From assembly GCA_010093605.1 (NCBI GenBank), contig MU004183.1:992001-1056000 (forward strand): a stretch of 64,000 bases of DNA. The letters are read 5' to 3'. Below the pieces are notes generated by a model that saw only the letters and a program-made list of their open reading frames with translations, ran no database searches and had not been told where the DNA came from. Every line of letters starts with the position of its first letter. The stretch's first letter is position 1. Shown piece by piece: positions 35,113 through 48,730 of the stretch. The position numbers and the translations under genes were made by a program. This DNA comes from Lophium mytilinum. Lineage: Eukaryota.

Positions 35113-36108
35113 TCAAGCTTTCGCTGCCCATTCCCAGGCTGAGCATTCGAAGTTCGAGTAGCATCTGAACTCATTGCTGAGTCCTTTCGCATGCTTCACT
35201 TCGAAAGAAGTAGTCTGAATCCCGGCTTTTGAGTATAACTTCCCTATCAGACTCTCCATGCGTTCGCCGGTGCATACGATCAAGCGGAGCGGGTCATTCT
35301 CTGCAGGTGCTGTGGTCCATGACTTCGCTAGCCACCGTACGGTCAGAGCGGCTGTCAAGGAATGATCAGTGAACAAGATCGAGTGGTGTCCGGAGCAGAA
35401 CCGGCGCATACCTTTGGTTTGACAATCCTCGCTGAGGAACGGAGGATCACAGACGATTCGGTCGAATTTCCCCTTGAGCTCAGCTGGAAGTCGCATCGGA
35501 TGCTCGAAATCGTACATGGCGAACTCCTTGAAGACCGCGAATCGCTCGTCGAACTCCAAGAGCGTCATTTGGGGCCGGCATGTGTGCTTGCCAGATGCCT
35601 AGTAGACCATAAGATTCAACCCTCGGACTGAAACTGGACAGAGAAGAGTAGAGAGACTCGATCGAAGATGATTCAGATAAATCGAAGACTTACCAGTAGA
35701 TTCTTGAGCTGGATAAACACACTAGGCGCCGAGACCACTACAATACTCGACTCATCGGTCGCACCGTCTAACAGCTGTTCCGCAAGCAATGTAGCTGTCT
35801 CGTCGTTGTACTTCACTCCAATCAGCGAAAACTCTTGCAACACTATCATAAAAGAATCTATAACACTTACCCAAAATTGACTCGCATTCCAATCCTCAGT
35901 AAAAGCTTCCATAGATAACTTCTTCCCCCCATCAAAGTCATTTTCAGCTTGCGCCTTTAAATCCTCAAACTCTTTTTGCTTTGTATCTCGGTCACCGTAA
36001 AACTCTTTAAGCGCATCCAGTGCCCCTGCTGAAAGCTGTCTTTATTTCCATTAGATCATACTTATCTCATACAAATTATGCTTACGGTATCTCATCGTCA
36101 GACTCCAT
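35113..36108 (-). CDS. EFM5: eEF1A lysine N-methyltransferase Efm5 (EEF1AKMT1/N6AMT2 family)
   Basis: QLSAGALDALKEFY, EDWNASQFW|Y, SAPSVF, LLEFDERF, DPPFLSEDC, GLSNEFRCYSNF; four introns. Confidence 0.9.
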
Positions 36109-36378
36109 CTTCCCTTCTGTGCTCTGTTGTGGCGGAGTGTGACTGAGAACCCCAGTGATCAACTTTCGGGATTGCCTGGCTGTGAAACTACTGAATATAT
36201 TCACTAAACCCCCCTACCACACCCCCACCAATCCAACCCCTCCAAACCCCGAATGCATGGTTACACCTCGGTCCCCGCCCCTCACCCGCAGCTTGCGTGC
36301 TCGCGCTCGAGCATGGTAGTTCGATATCAATGTCTCCGCCGCTGGCCGCGCAGCATGACGAGCCGCAACTACTCTTCC

Positions 36379-37329
36379 ATGATGGCAACCTCCTTAGTAC
36401 CTTTACCTGACATCGCGACACTATCTCCCCGCGTCGTGCGGATTCTAGGAGGGAACCCAGGAAAAGTACGCGTTCCCTTCCAAGCTCCCCCAAACCCATC
36501 ACTAACATCTATAGTTCTCACTCCAAGGTATTCTAGATAACCCACGACATCCACGATGTAATGAAAGAGGATGCTCATGAACCAAGGCACAAACACCTAC
36601 CTCCTCGGCACCTCAACCCACCGCCTCCTCGTCGACACAGGCGAAGGCAAGCCCGCGTGGCTAGCCTCCCTGAAATCCGTCCTCGCCGCCAGCAACATCA
36701 CCATCTCCGCCGCGATCCTCACGCACTGGCACCCCGACCACGTCGGCGGCGTCGCCGACCTGCTCGCCCTGTCCCCGCACACCAAGATCTACAAGAACTC
36801 ACCCAGCGCCGGCCAGCTGGACATCGCCGACGGGCAGGTCCTCGCGACCGAGGGTGCGACGCTGCGCGCGTTCCACTGCCCGGGCCACACAACAGACCAC
36901 ATGGCGCTGGTGCTAGAAGAAGAGGACGCGATGTTCACGGGCGACAACGTGCTGGGGCAGGGCACGGCGGTGTTTGAAGACCTAGCGACCTACATGACGA
37001 GTTTAGAGAGGATGGCGGCGCAGTTTGCGGGGCGCGGGTATCCGGGGCATGGGCCGGTGATTGAGGAGGGGCGGGCGAAGGTGTTGGAGTATATCAAGCA
37101 TCGCAAGGAGCGGGAGGAGCAGGTGCTCGCGGTGCTGGGTGATGCCGGGGGCAAGGGGATTACGGCTATGGCGATTGTGAAGGTGATCTATAAGGATTAT
37201 CCGGAGAGCTTGTGGCAGCCGGCGGAGAGGGGCGTTTTGCAGATTCTGGAGAAGTTGGAGGGGGAGGAGAAGGTTGAGCATAATGAGGGGGAGGGGACGT
37301 GGGCTATAAATAGAAAGGCGGCTTTGTGA
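36379..37329 (+). CDS. Metallo-beta-lactamase fold protein, LACTB2-like
   Basis: LGGNPGK|FSLQG|TNTY, THWHPDHVGG, PGHTTDH, FTGDNVLG, YPGHG; introns 36466-36514 and 36528-36586. Confidence 0.92.
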
Positions 37330-37497
37330 ATGATAGTGCTTGCCCTCTGACTCGTCTATGTTGTGCGGTAGTGCTTGGCGCTCCCAAACTGTGCACGCTT
37401 CAATTTTGGTTTACTGATGAAATTAACGCTGATGACCCCGCAGCATGCATATATATATCAATAGTATAGCTGGCAAAATTTAATTATTCTCAGCAAA

Positions 37498-37592
37498 GGC
37501 ACAGTGCCAGAGTGGTTAATGGGTCAGACTTGAATTATCCTCATGTTTATCTGATGGCTTCGGCCTCGCAAGTTCGAATCTTGTCTGTGTCG
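37498..37592 (+). tRNA. tRNA-Ser(UGA) with a 14-nt intron (37535-37548)
   Basis: Acceptor stem GGCACAG/CTGTGTC; anticodon stem TCAGA/TCTGA with TGA at 37531-37533; long variable arm GGCTTCGGCC; GTTCGAATC; T-runs downstream. Confidence 0.95.
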
Positions 37593-38465
37593 CAAACGCG
37601 AACCATTCTTTTGCTTTTTTGCTATCCCTTCGCTTTTCCCAAGCTTTTTGGGTGTGGTGTTTGTTAGATACGTCTTTCTTTTTATGTGGAACTCGCCTAA
37701 CCCGTGAGGTCGAGAAGCGGCAGCAGAGTGTGCCACGCTATGTCGTCGAATAACCTTGTTCGAAATCATTAAATATAATCGCGCTAGGTATGTAGATGAT
37801 GATAGGCATTTTGGACAGGATATCTCATTCGTATCTACAATGTCTTCGCCGGTGCCCGATACCGACGCCTAAACTATGACTTCTGAATCGTAGTCTACAC
37901 ACACCTCCAAGTTCTAGCTCGAGAGACGACAGCAATAGCGCTTGATGGATGCCACTACTGCTACATGAGATCGCTCTCATGATTGAAAGCGAAAGACCTT
38001 CCCGAATACCCGCTATCATCAAACAAACAGAAATAATGCATATGCACCGAGATAATAAAGACATTCTAAAGCCAAATGTGAAAGCAACCACCATGCGCGC
38101 TTGAAACCTAAACGAGAACTTTCCCACCGATACCCCTGAAAAGCCCTTCTCTGACCTTTTTCGAAGAGCGCATTCTTTTTGAGGCGATTCTAACAGCATG
38201 TGGCCGTTACGATTCCACTCCAGGAGTACCAGCGCGCCCTAAATACGCCAACCCAATGCATCGCGTGGAAATAGTACAACAATGCCAACTCCAAAAAGGT
38301 CGAGTAAGAGTTCGAAAAAACCATCCGGTAATATATAAGTCGTCGTCCGAAGAAAGTTTTAGGTCGCATCGTCCGTCTCCGGCGGTAATAATGGCGGCCA
38401 AAACGGCATCACCAGCATGCCGATAAACATGATCCAGCGCAGGACCGTGATAAAGCGTGCAACGG

Positions 38466-40442
38466 TCATAGTACTGTACAAGCGTTTCCAGACATCCTGT
38501 CAGCAACACATCTCATCAGCAAGATACTAGCAAAGAAAGCTAGCTTGAACTCCTAAAGAAAGAGGCGAGGCAAGCCAGGCAGGGCCAAGCAAGGCATTGC
38601 TAGGCAAGAGGCGTTGTACGCACATGCACCGCAAACATTTATGAGAAAATGCTACAAGCCATGGTTTTTCGCATTGCTACTAGATATCTTGGCCCGATGC
38701 CTGGCTGGTGTGCCTCACTCGGCAGAAGCGGAACGGGAGAGAGAAGAGCGAAAGGGTACCGACCTCTGGCGCTCGATCCTTTGGATCCACCGATTCACGA
38801 TCTTTAGCCGCTCCCGCACGCTCGTTGTATGTAGCAAAAGATATTTCTCGTCTTCGGCAATGGGCAGCACGCTCGCAAACCAATAAGGAAACAATGCGGG
38901 ATCGACGGGAGGGCCGCCATAAGCGATCAAAATCCGCTCGTTCAACCACGGGGCGCTGTTGGCGCGCATGCGCTCGATGAATTCGATGCCGCTGACAAGC
39001 AGATGGCGCGTTGATAGTTGTTCTAGTGTTGTGGGCGTTTCTTGTGAAGATGGTGGTGTTGGTTGTTGCCCAATATGCATCTGAGCCTCCAGTGTAGCAG
39101 CCAAGGCTGTGGTCGTCTCCTCTGCCTCGAGGCGCTCTTCTTCCGCTAGAGAAACATCTTCCACGCGCTCTACTCGTGACACGTAGTAGCCATCCAGCAT
39201 GGAGTATTCGCGAATACGGAATCTGCCAATGCCCCTACTCTCGACATAGCTGCGGCCGTCGCTGAGGATCTGCATGTTGGTGATTTCGAGAATGGTTCCG
39301 TATTCCATAAATTGTACGTTTCCGAGATCTCCTTGGGGGGCTCCAGATCGATTGTACATGACCATTCCAAACTGGCGGTTACCATCCAGCGCGCGTCTCA
39401 TCATGAGTCGATATCGGGGTTCGAATACATGGAGGAAAGTTGGTGTGGCGGGCAGGGAAAGCGTGCATACGAATAGGGGGGTGTTCAGGGCAGTTCCTTC
39501 GAGACTTTCTTCTAGCATAACCGCAGCCGCACGAGCAGTCATCATCTCCGGACAAAGACTATTGAGCAGATCAACGAGGCGGCTATTTGATGGTTGTGAC
39601 GCCAGGGACGGAGGGAGTGAAAGACCACGACGGCAAACAGGACAAACGTTGGCGTGGTCTAGTACGCGTGCGAGGCATTTTCGGCAGAAAGTGTGACCAC
39701 AAGGTGTCGTGGTAGGTTCCAGCATCAAGTTGTAGCAGACATGGCAGTCCAACTCTTTGTGGGCGGCTTCCCGAAGACTATCCAGCAAAGAGGCGTCCAA
39801 AGCTTCATAGTTGTCGCCGGTGGTAGTCAAGGACTGGTAAGTAACAGTCGAGTCGAAAGGAAGCTCTCCAAGCTCGGCCAGGGTATATGTAGAAAGCAAG
39901 CGCCCTCCGTGTAGTATCCGGGAATGTGGAGTTGATGAAATCTTTTCTTTCTCTTCAAGTGCTGGCTCTTTACTTTTCGTTGAAACATCCACTCGAACGG
40001 GTGTGTCTTCTATCATAGATCGATGCCTCGCTACCTGGTTCGTGATCACCTCCATGACCTTAGCCAGCGTGACGTCCGGGTTGCATTCGCCAGTGGGATG
40101 TTCCGCGCCACAATCCGGGATCGGGCACGGGATGCCGTATTGTCGGTCAGGCGTATCTGGATATGAGATGTTTTCTCGAAGATGTGGCTCCGGTAGACAC
40201 GACCGGCACATGGAGTGCCCGCAGGGCAGTGTGACAGGAATCCTTAACGGCTTAGAACATTGCGAGCATTGAATGAGGCGGACCAGCTGCCTCGCATCAT
40301 CATGCGCCGACAGCGCGACCATCTCCTGGACATCGGCGGTAGCTCCATGGTCTTTCATCAAGGCCGGCGTGCCTGACGAGGCGTCAAAGGACGGCTCCTC
40401 ACCGTTAGTGAAAGAGCTGCCCTTGCGTTGTAACAAGTTCAT
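38466..40442 (-). CDS. RING finger / LON N-terminal domain E3 ligase (LONRF/CrgA-like)
   Basis: Two C3HC4 RINGs (CSQC...CGHSMCRSC; CHVC...CGHTFCRKC...CPVC); LON-N motif LHVFEPRYRLM; last intron 38497-38763 adds MSGNACTVL*. Confidence 0.9.
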
Positions 40443-42889
40443 CCGGTGGGTTGATTATTAATTCTGTTTTATCGGCTCCATGTAGGATGTCTTGCAAGAT
40501 AAGAACGCGAAAATGTGGTGTTGAGAAGTGATTGGAGAGGGCTGAGGACGGAGATAAGGCCTAAAAACTCAATCTGGTTTGGAGTGCTCGGGATCAAGGG
40601 GTGCAGTCTGCGGGTGGAGTGTATTCCGAAGCGCCACAGGATCTGCGTTTTGGTGTCAAGCGTCAAGACGAGCGCGAAGGGGCCTTTATGTAACGCGGAA
40701 GGGGCACAGGGCGTCAACCTGTCAGCAACTGGGGGGAGGATTTGCAAGCGCATCCAACGTGCAGGCGTTAAGTTTGATCGATGTAGTGTAGATAGAAGTG
40801 ACGCGACGGGCAGAAAGGGTCGAAGTGGCGGTTCAGGACAGTTCCACGCATATATGATGTTCGGATAGTCGACGACGACAAGACTTGCAGCAGTGGAAAG
40901 GCGTCGTCGATTGCGGTATTCTTTGGCGACGAATCGGCGATGCGCTTCAAGGACGCAGACAGCTTGGGCGTGATAGGCTGGGGGCACCGCTCGATGCCCG
41001 TAGGTTTTCCATCAGGGATTCCTCCAGGATCGCCGCATCGGTCGCGTGCTAGGTAATCGACGCCCAGCGTGCCCCACGACTACAGCTGCCGAGCCGCCAC
41101 TTCGGTGCAGGCGGCCGCTCCATCAGCCTGGCGTGCCGCTGAAAGAGCCCCAGGTGAGGCCTGAGGCCGTCGTGGAGCTCGCAAGACCCTGTTACGAACT
41201 GCTTCCCGAGACGGAGACGGCTGCCAGGGCCGCTCCGTGACGTGCAGCAGGGCGTGGAGCGCATCACCAACACGCACATGGTGTTTACATCTGGACACAC
41301 GGCATCGACTGCCGCGTGTGCATGTCCAGTCTGCGGGTTGCATCGCCGAGAGAGCACGAGGTTGGCAGGCCTCAAGACACCAGTGGCACAGTGGCAACCG
41401 GGCATCTGTCAGATCATAGGGACAACCGCTCGACCCGTGGTTCGATGGAGAGATGAACCACACGATGAGCTCCAGCTGTCAAACCAGTGCACGTATCATG
41501 GAAGGGGTCTAGAACTTCACGGCTTGGCGTCCCACGTGACTAGATGCTTCCTCGTTCACTTCAGTGCTGCAGCATGGAACCCCCCTTATGGTTTCCCAAT
41601 GAAGTGTCTTCGTATATATTACTGGGGCATGTTCAGGCATAGGCGACACTGCCTGTGTGCGACCCTGCGCCGCGCCCACCCGCCGCTACCGTGCAGTTGA
41701 AAGCGTCATCGATCACGGCGTTGAAAGAAGGTTGTGGCAGCGTAGCCAACCAGCCGCAGTTCCTGCCAGACGACGGCGGAGGAGGGGTCCAAGGCCGCAT
41801 CGCTAACCCTGCTGCAATTCTCAACGTCGGCCACTCCATCAAGGCTGCCAGAATAGACGCAGGCACCGCCGAACCTTGAATCTTCACAGCTTGATACAGA
41901 GGATAGCTTACGTTCCGGCCCCGGTACTGCGCGCAAGACAAATGGCGGCTGCGTCGCCTCCTGGTGAACTATCAGACTTGCCGAATCTATTGTTACACGG
42001 ATATTCAGGATCTACCAGGGGACCTAAAACGGTGCTCAGCGAGTGTACACAAGCCCAGAGGGAGTGCATCTGATAGCCATGAAGTTTTAGAGTACGTTCA
42101 CAGATGCGTAACTGGCACTTTTCGATAAGGGAGCCTGCCACTGCACGACATTGCCTATACAGCGCAAAAGCATACATCGTCGCCCAATATATCGTACTGC
42201 GTAATCATCCCGCCGTGAAAGCTTGGCAGCCCCCCAACGCCGCCTCGAATTCCCTCTCCCATATCCAAAAATGCCTTAATTCCAGGCCGCTTCATATTGT
42301 ACAACAACCCCGTGTTACCCAGCCTCATATGTACAATGGGTGTTGGTCGTGCCATTCTCTGAGACACTGATCCATGTGGAAGTCAGACATGCCTGGACGT
42401 TCCCTGGCTTGTCGGGATTGGTTCCTGCGCAGACGTTGCAATCCAGAATTGTAGTTGTACCAGGCGTCGTAAGGAGAGACACCCATATTCAATGACCGCA
42501 GCACCGGGATGTGTAAGCCGAAGCAGAGCGATGTCTCTCGTCTCTCAAATATCATGAGAGACCAAGGTCTGTGCTTCTTTAACTTCCGGTCATTCGATGA
42601 TTACTCACGGCGTACTCCGAAACAACCGCATCTGGGATATGCTGACGGCCTGACTCCTGGCCGCGATCTTTCGAGTGCTCCAGGCGGTCCAGCTGTTTCA
42701 GAAGAATTGCCCCGTTATCCGGTCTGGAAGCCCGGCATCCCGTCATCTGGCTAAAGGACGTAGACAGCCTCCGTTGAACATGAAGTCGCAGTCTACTACC
42801 CTTTGAGGCGGCCTGGCAAGCTATCACGCTTGGCAAAACTGTAGATTTACCGTTATTAGTGACGTACCAGGACTTCAAGCGGCGTTAAG

Positions 42890-45800
42890 CTAGTGTACAG
42901 AAGCCTCTTCGTCTTCTGACGAAGACTCGCTGTCCTCCTCATCGTCCTCTTCTTCCAACACAATCTGCCGCAACACTCTTTTGTCGAAGAGATTGAACAC
43001 GAACAAGCATACGTTGAGACCGAAGTGGTGCGACTCGAGTACTTCCATGACCTTGTAGAACAGTGCCGGCTTTTGGAACCCAGACGCCTTCTTTATTTTG
43101 ATTCTGTTGCACATTAGCAGCGTCCGACTAGTCGTCGGATTAGTGTCTTACGCATGCAAGTCGTTCCGGGCCTTCTTAGCCAGCACGGTATTCCCGAGAT
43201 CAGTCGTTAGTTTCAGTATCCTGGCGTTCAGTGGATCATCATCTGTGACAGCTACTTTCACTTCGGTTTGCTTCCATGGCCCGAGGTCTTTGGGCACTGC
43301 AACCCATGGTTTGATCTAGAACCTGTTAGTACTAGGATTAGAGATTGACTGCTTGAAAACGTACCGTGAATAATTTCTTGAAGTCAAGCGGGATGCAGAA
43401 ACCAAGCGCTTCGCCCATCTCGTTCACCACTCCATCCCATCTATATTCGGTGAGTATCTCCTGCCCATGGAGACTCCTGGAAATGAGCCCCAGAACGAAG
43501 AACGCAGTGCCTCGCAAGGACATCACTTCGGACGTCTCTGCGATGCGAACGATCCACTTCACGACATCAGAGCTTTCCAGAAATGGGGCCCCAAGCTCCA
43601 TAGATCCGACATTACCTACCGCCCACAGGCAGCCCTTCAATTTCAGTATGGTCTCAGAGTCGTCATCTTCCATGCCGAACTCCCGAATAGTAGTCGCGAA
43701 TTCGTCGAAATGTCCCTTTTGTTCTAGGAGCTTGCAGCCTTCTTCAGTGCGAGTGAGTTCTCGATAGAAATGTGGTGGCACCAAACCGTACTCCTGCTGC
43801 TCGGGAGTATCATCGTAAGACATTTGCGGTTGTGGCTTTTCGGGAATATCTGCCAGACCTCTCGCCATCGACGCCTCAATCAGGCCCACGTACGTATCGT
43901 TGCGTCCCAGAAACCAGTCGTCCATTTCCTTAGTGATGTAATCCAGTCCATCTAGATAGTGGTATCCAACCGATGTGGACAGAAATCGAAGGAGTAGCGG
44001 CGCGCCGATTTCGCCAAGATGGTCTAGCGCCGGTCGGCATTTCACTACGTACTCTAGGGAATGTTTCTGATTACAGGCTTCCTCAAGGATCTTGATTGCA
44101 ACCTCGCACACTTCGATTTCTGGATCATAGAGTTGCGTGACAAGCAGACGAATTGCCCATTCCGCGATTCCGCTTGCTGCACCCGCAGAGTCTGTGGCTT
44201 GCATAGATTTCGTAGCGTATTTCCGAAGAAGCCTCGTTGAGAATATCCGAATTTGTTTCGAGCACGACGTCATGGCCTTGGAGATTATGATGCGAAGATG
44301 TCCATCGAGATTGTAGTCCATGTTACTGAGTAATGCTCGAATCATGTCGTCGCGGTCCCCGAGCTCAATGATGTGATAAAACATGTTGATGATCTTCCAC
44401 CTCTCTAGAATCTGTAATCCTTTGGGATCCTTGGTAAGAGCTCCGAGAATGGCGAAGTATCCCCCGGTGAGGCTGTTCTCCATTCGCTGTTCGGTAAATA
44501 AGGGTAGCTCGGATGTGAGGCCACTCATTCTGTCAAAATGCGAAAGGCATTCTGCAAGCTGCCTAATGAGCTTGCTTTCTGCCAGGTATTTGACGCCTTC
44601 GGGATTCTGAAGGAGGCTGAGCACCAGAGCAGAGCCAGCTCTGACATATCTTTGATTCGGCTTTGTGTTTTTGACCTCGCAGAATCTATACTTGAACGGT
44701 CGATAGAATCCCAGAACGCGATGGACCCATTTCGAGGTTTTCAAGGCTTCGTCCAATCGTTTCGGATTGAGTAGAGGAGATTCAATAATAGCCTGAATGA
44801 GATCCCATCTCCATTTGCCATAGTTGACAGTGGCTAGAACTTGGCTGTCTCCCATCAAAGCACGGAACGAAGACTCGTCCATTTGCATACCGGCTTGAAG
44901 TTTCGACTGATCAGACGGACGCGGATTCGGTTCTGACTCTTTATTGCTGTTGGATTTTGTATTCTGGAATGTGGTTGGGCCCGACCGAAAGAGAGTTCTA
45001 TTAACGCTATCCACTTGATAGATAGTCCCGGTAGCAATAAAGCGCTCCTCCATATCGAATTTGGCAGCGTTTTGAACGAGCTGAGGGAGTACTTGTAATT
45101 CAGCGCTCCATAAAGGTGGAAGCAGTTCGTTCGCCATCTTCAAGACCTCGCCCAATAGCAATGTAGTCTTCCTCTTCAAAGCTAGAGTCAATGCATCCTC
45201 CTCGGCGTGTAGCAAAGCAGGTAAAAGACCCGAATGCAAAAGGACTGCTAGGACGACGGCAATGTAGTGATCAATGAGGTTCCATCGGTTTGTGGCATCC
45301 TCCGGCTCTGCCGTAGGGCTGTCCTTACTCTGCTCATTCTTGAGATTCGTAACTCTTCCATAGGTTGTCAGTCTTCGGCCAGCTAGGAAAGACGAAGACC
45401 ACGAAGGAGGTTTTATCCTCAGGATATCGAACAGTAGTTCCAACAAGACGTTCCGGACGTGTGGTGTTGGGATGTATAATGAAGATAAAAGAGACCTGAC
45501 GGCTAGGAAATTGTTCATACAAAGCGTCAACAGTCCAGGCCAGCTTCGCAGCAGTGTTGCAATGACCTTGGCGTTGGCCTTGAGCTTCTCTTCGTGCAAA
45601 TGCCCATGTATCGCAGCGGAATCGGTAAAGATTGCGAAAGGTATTTCAAGTTCATGCCCAGACCTTAGAAACCTTCGTCTTCGTGGTGTGTCTAAGAGGA
45701 ATAGAAATGATCCGGTAAGACTCTCCGCGGCGGGATAGTTGCCCTCTCCAAGAGCATCAACAAGGGTTCCCATTCCACCCGCAGAGACCAGCAGATCTGG

Positions 45801-46913
45801 ATGCCGCACAAGAATCTCGGCTAGGGTAAGAATACACATGCTTCTCAACCGATCTTCGGTATGCTCCGCGACTGCAACAATGATCCGAAGGACGGCGCGG
45901 GAGATCTCCTGGACTCCACCTTTGACGTCAAGAAAAGCTCTAACGAATTTGAGCGCCTGTTCACGCTCTACACTAGCCTTGCTAGCTTTGACGAGTGAAA
46001 GAATGACTAGGAAATCAGTGTTCAGAGATCGAATGATTTGGAGAGACTTTCGATCTGTGATGGCGTATCTGACAACTCTATACCCAGCGGCCACTACTTC
46101 ACGGCTGTCGCTTAGGAGCATCGTTTGCATTCGTAGGCCAAAACTCGACCACGCCAAATCATATTTGAGAGTTGGATGTCGCTTGAATAGCTCGACAAGT
46201 GAGTTCAGCTGATCCACGTAGTATTCCGGTTGCATTGAATCGGCTTCTAGAGCTTGGAGAATCTCCGCAAGAACGAAGGTGGGCGACTCTGTTTCTGGCT
46301 CGGGCTCCTCCTTCTCACTGATGCCGAAATTACGCGAAGGGGAACGGGATGGTGCATTGCGAAACAGATAGGACAGTCTGCTGGTAGTTTTGTTGGGCGG
46401 CGCCTTCCCATCCTTAGACCTCTGAATCTCAGTCTCCAAACCGAGTCGAAGCTGAGCGAGTTTTCTGTTCGAGGTATTCAGCTCAGCTTCCACCTTCTGT
46501 CGTTGATCTTTGGTCTGTTTGAATCCTTTGGAATTAAGAGCCTCCAGCAGGTTCTCAGAGCCAATCTTGATCTTAACCTCCTTGTCGATTTGATCCTGTA
46601 TTTCTATTTGCCTCTGCTCCGACGTTGTTTCCGTGTCCTCCTCGAGCAGACTCGCGTGCGAGCCGAAGTCGGGCCTGGGAGTCTCGGTGCGCGAGATTTG
46701 GGACCTCAATTCAGAACTGAAGGAGCCGGGCGGAGGCCCAGAGTTTGCATAGGACTGGCTTCTTGACCCCGCCATTAAGCTGGCCGCAGACAGAGACCGG
46801 GCATCCTTACCAGTCCTTGTTGGCTGAAGCAGCGCATTCTGCTCTGGGGCCGTCGCGTCGCCTTGGCCGGGCATGGAGCGCGATGGAGGTGGTGCACGAG
46901 GGGGTAGCGTCAT
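42890..46913 (-). CDS. AVO3: TORC2 subunit Rictor/Avo3 (S. pombe Ste20)
   Basis: HR1-like KIKIGSENLLEAL; SSSFLAGRRLTTYG; LYDPEIEVC; LKGCLWAVGNVGS; RGTAFFVLGLIS; introns 43316-43364 and 43104-43151. Confidence 0.95.
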
Positions 46914-48716
46914 GAGAGTCCCTTATCCCCATGGACAGTCCAACCGCATGACTTGCTTGTATTTTTCTGTCGGGCCGCTCGGTTCATGAGGAGTTGTGAA
47001 TTGCGGCCATGCTAGTTGGCGTATGGAGGCTGTGGTGTCGTAGTCGTCGTGGCCGTGTTTGAGCCGATTCAAGGCGGGGTCGCGGGCGGATTCGGACTAC
47101 GTTAGGAACCGACAAGTGTAGCGACTGACGACGACGGGTAAGGAGCGGGTGGGAGCTGGAGGAAGTGCAGGGCGTTGTTGATGCTGTCGTTGCTGAGACG
47201 AAAGTGCTGGGATGAGGTTCAATGGTGGAGTGGCTTCCGGTGGCGGGCTGCGCAGGGGTTGGCTGCGCGTCAACTTTAAGCGTGGGAGTATACCTAATTA
47301 GCACATTAAAATAGTTGATGAGATGCTACACTTGGCCGCTAATCCTACTGTTCGTATCATAGTATAGAAGAGTAGTCTCTGGCTTCAACATTGAGAAGGC
47401 AGCATGTGTAAATATGTGAACTATTTGCACACTACTTGGTGGAGGTACTGTGTGTGCAGCATGTGCAATTCACTAGGCGGGTCCTAAAAAGATTTAGTTT
47501 CTAACTCATTTGGAATGCGGGATCTGGCAGTATCCCAAGAATGTTTCATACAGTCGATGTCACAAGTCATGGATGCAGTGGCGAGAATGTATGGATGTAA
47601 TAAATTTTTCAATTTCATTCACAAATCTGAAGTCGCGAAGTCCACAAATAGTAATTGAGCATAGACATCAGATGGTTTCTTTTTAAAGGGGACAACCGTT
47701 AGATATCAGTCAAAGCGCTTCGTTTCAGTTACAAGTCCAAGCTATTCATCCATGCATACTCTCCCAAAACTAGCGATTCAACGGCCCTAGGAAGAAGTAT
47801 TTCGCAGAAGTCCCAACTTTGCCTTAGGTAGCGAGCTTGAAGTCTGATCTGTTGTCTACTGAGGTACAGCTCACACTTTGGTGCTTGTTCCACGCACATC
47901 ATTCACCCTGTATTATAAAGGCACCAATCACAGCATTAACAGAGCATTTTGATACATACTAAAGTGTGTGATTGGTGTCTTCCAAAGATAGAGTGAATGC
48001 GGCGCACGGACCGGGCATAATATCTAACCCGACAGACCGGATATCATAGTATGCTACAGTACTAAATACCACATAACGTCTTGCCGTTGGTTCTAATCTT
48101 GATCCTGAATTCCTAATGAGGCGTGGGGTAGTCCTAAATGGATTGAAAGAAAGCAGTAGGTCGATAAGGAGTGTCTAGAAACGCTCCAGTCTGCGTCGTC
48201 TTGTCCTTTGCATCTTGCTTCAAGATCTGATAATGCAACGGAGGCCCTCAGACAGTGACGAGGAGGAGTGCAGACAACCGTCCAGGCACTGCATGTATTC
48301 CCTCATGGTTTACTCGGCCGCCTTAAGCTTGTCGTTCGTGGTCTGGAAGCCTATGATAGACTGTCGAGAGGCGTTCTAGTCTAGCAACTATCCAGATACC
48401 AGGCGTCGGTTGGAGTCTGGTCGCCAAATAGAGCATCGTCGGTAGCTGATTAGACTAGACTGGAGGCGACGAATTAAAACAGCGCGTCGTTGAGCAAGCG
48501 CAGAAAGTTCAACAGCCATTCCGTCACGATGCTTTCACGCAGGAATTGTGCCGTGATAAGAGCACGGCACCGTCTTCCGGTCAATAATGGCCTCGAATAA
48601 CGGTTCTCTTACGCGATGCTGAATAGACTTTGCAGGCAGCTCTAGGACGCGGCCGCTTTCTGCGGGGCGCTCAACGGCGACGGGGGATACGGAGGATCAA
48701 TGCGGAAGTGCAGCTA

Positions 48717-48730
48717 TCGGAGCTGGCCGA
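48717..48730. promoter_or_regulatory. UaY-type Zn2Cys6 binding site TCGG-N6-CCGA
   Basis: TCGG AGCTGG CCGA about 325 bp upstream of the uricase ATG; HGATAA sites at 48554 and 48886. Confidence 0.8.

Noticed and set aside
42329..42370. GCWSC resembling the start of a Zn2Cys6 cluster
   Set aside because: A stop follows at once and the remaining cysteines are absent
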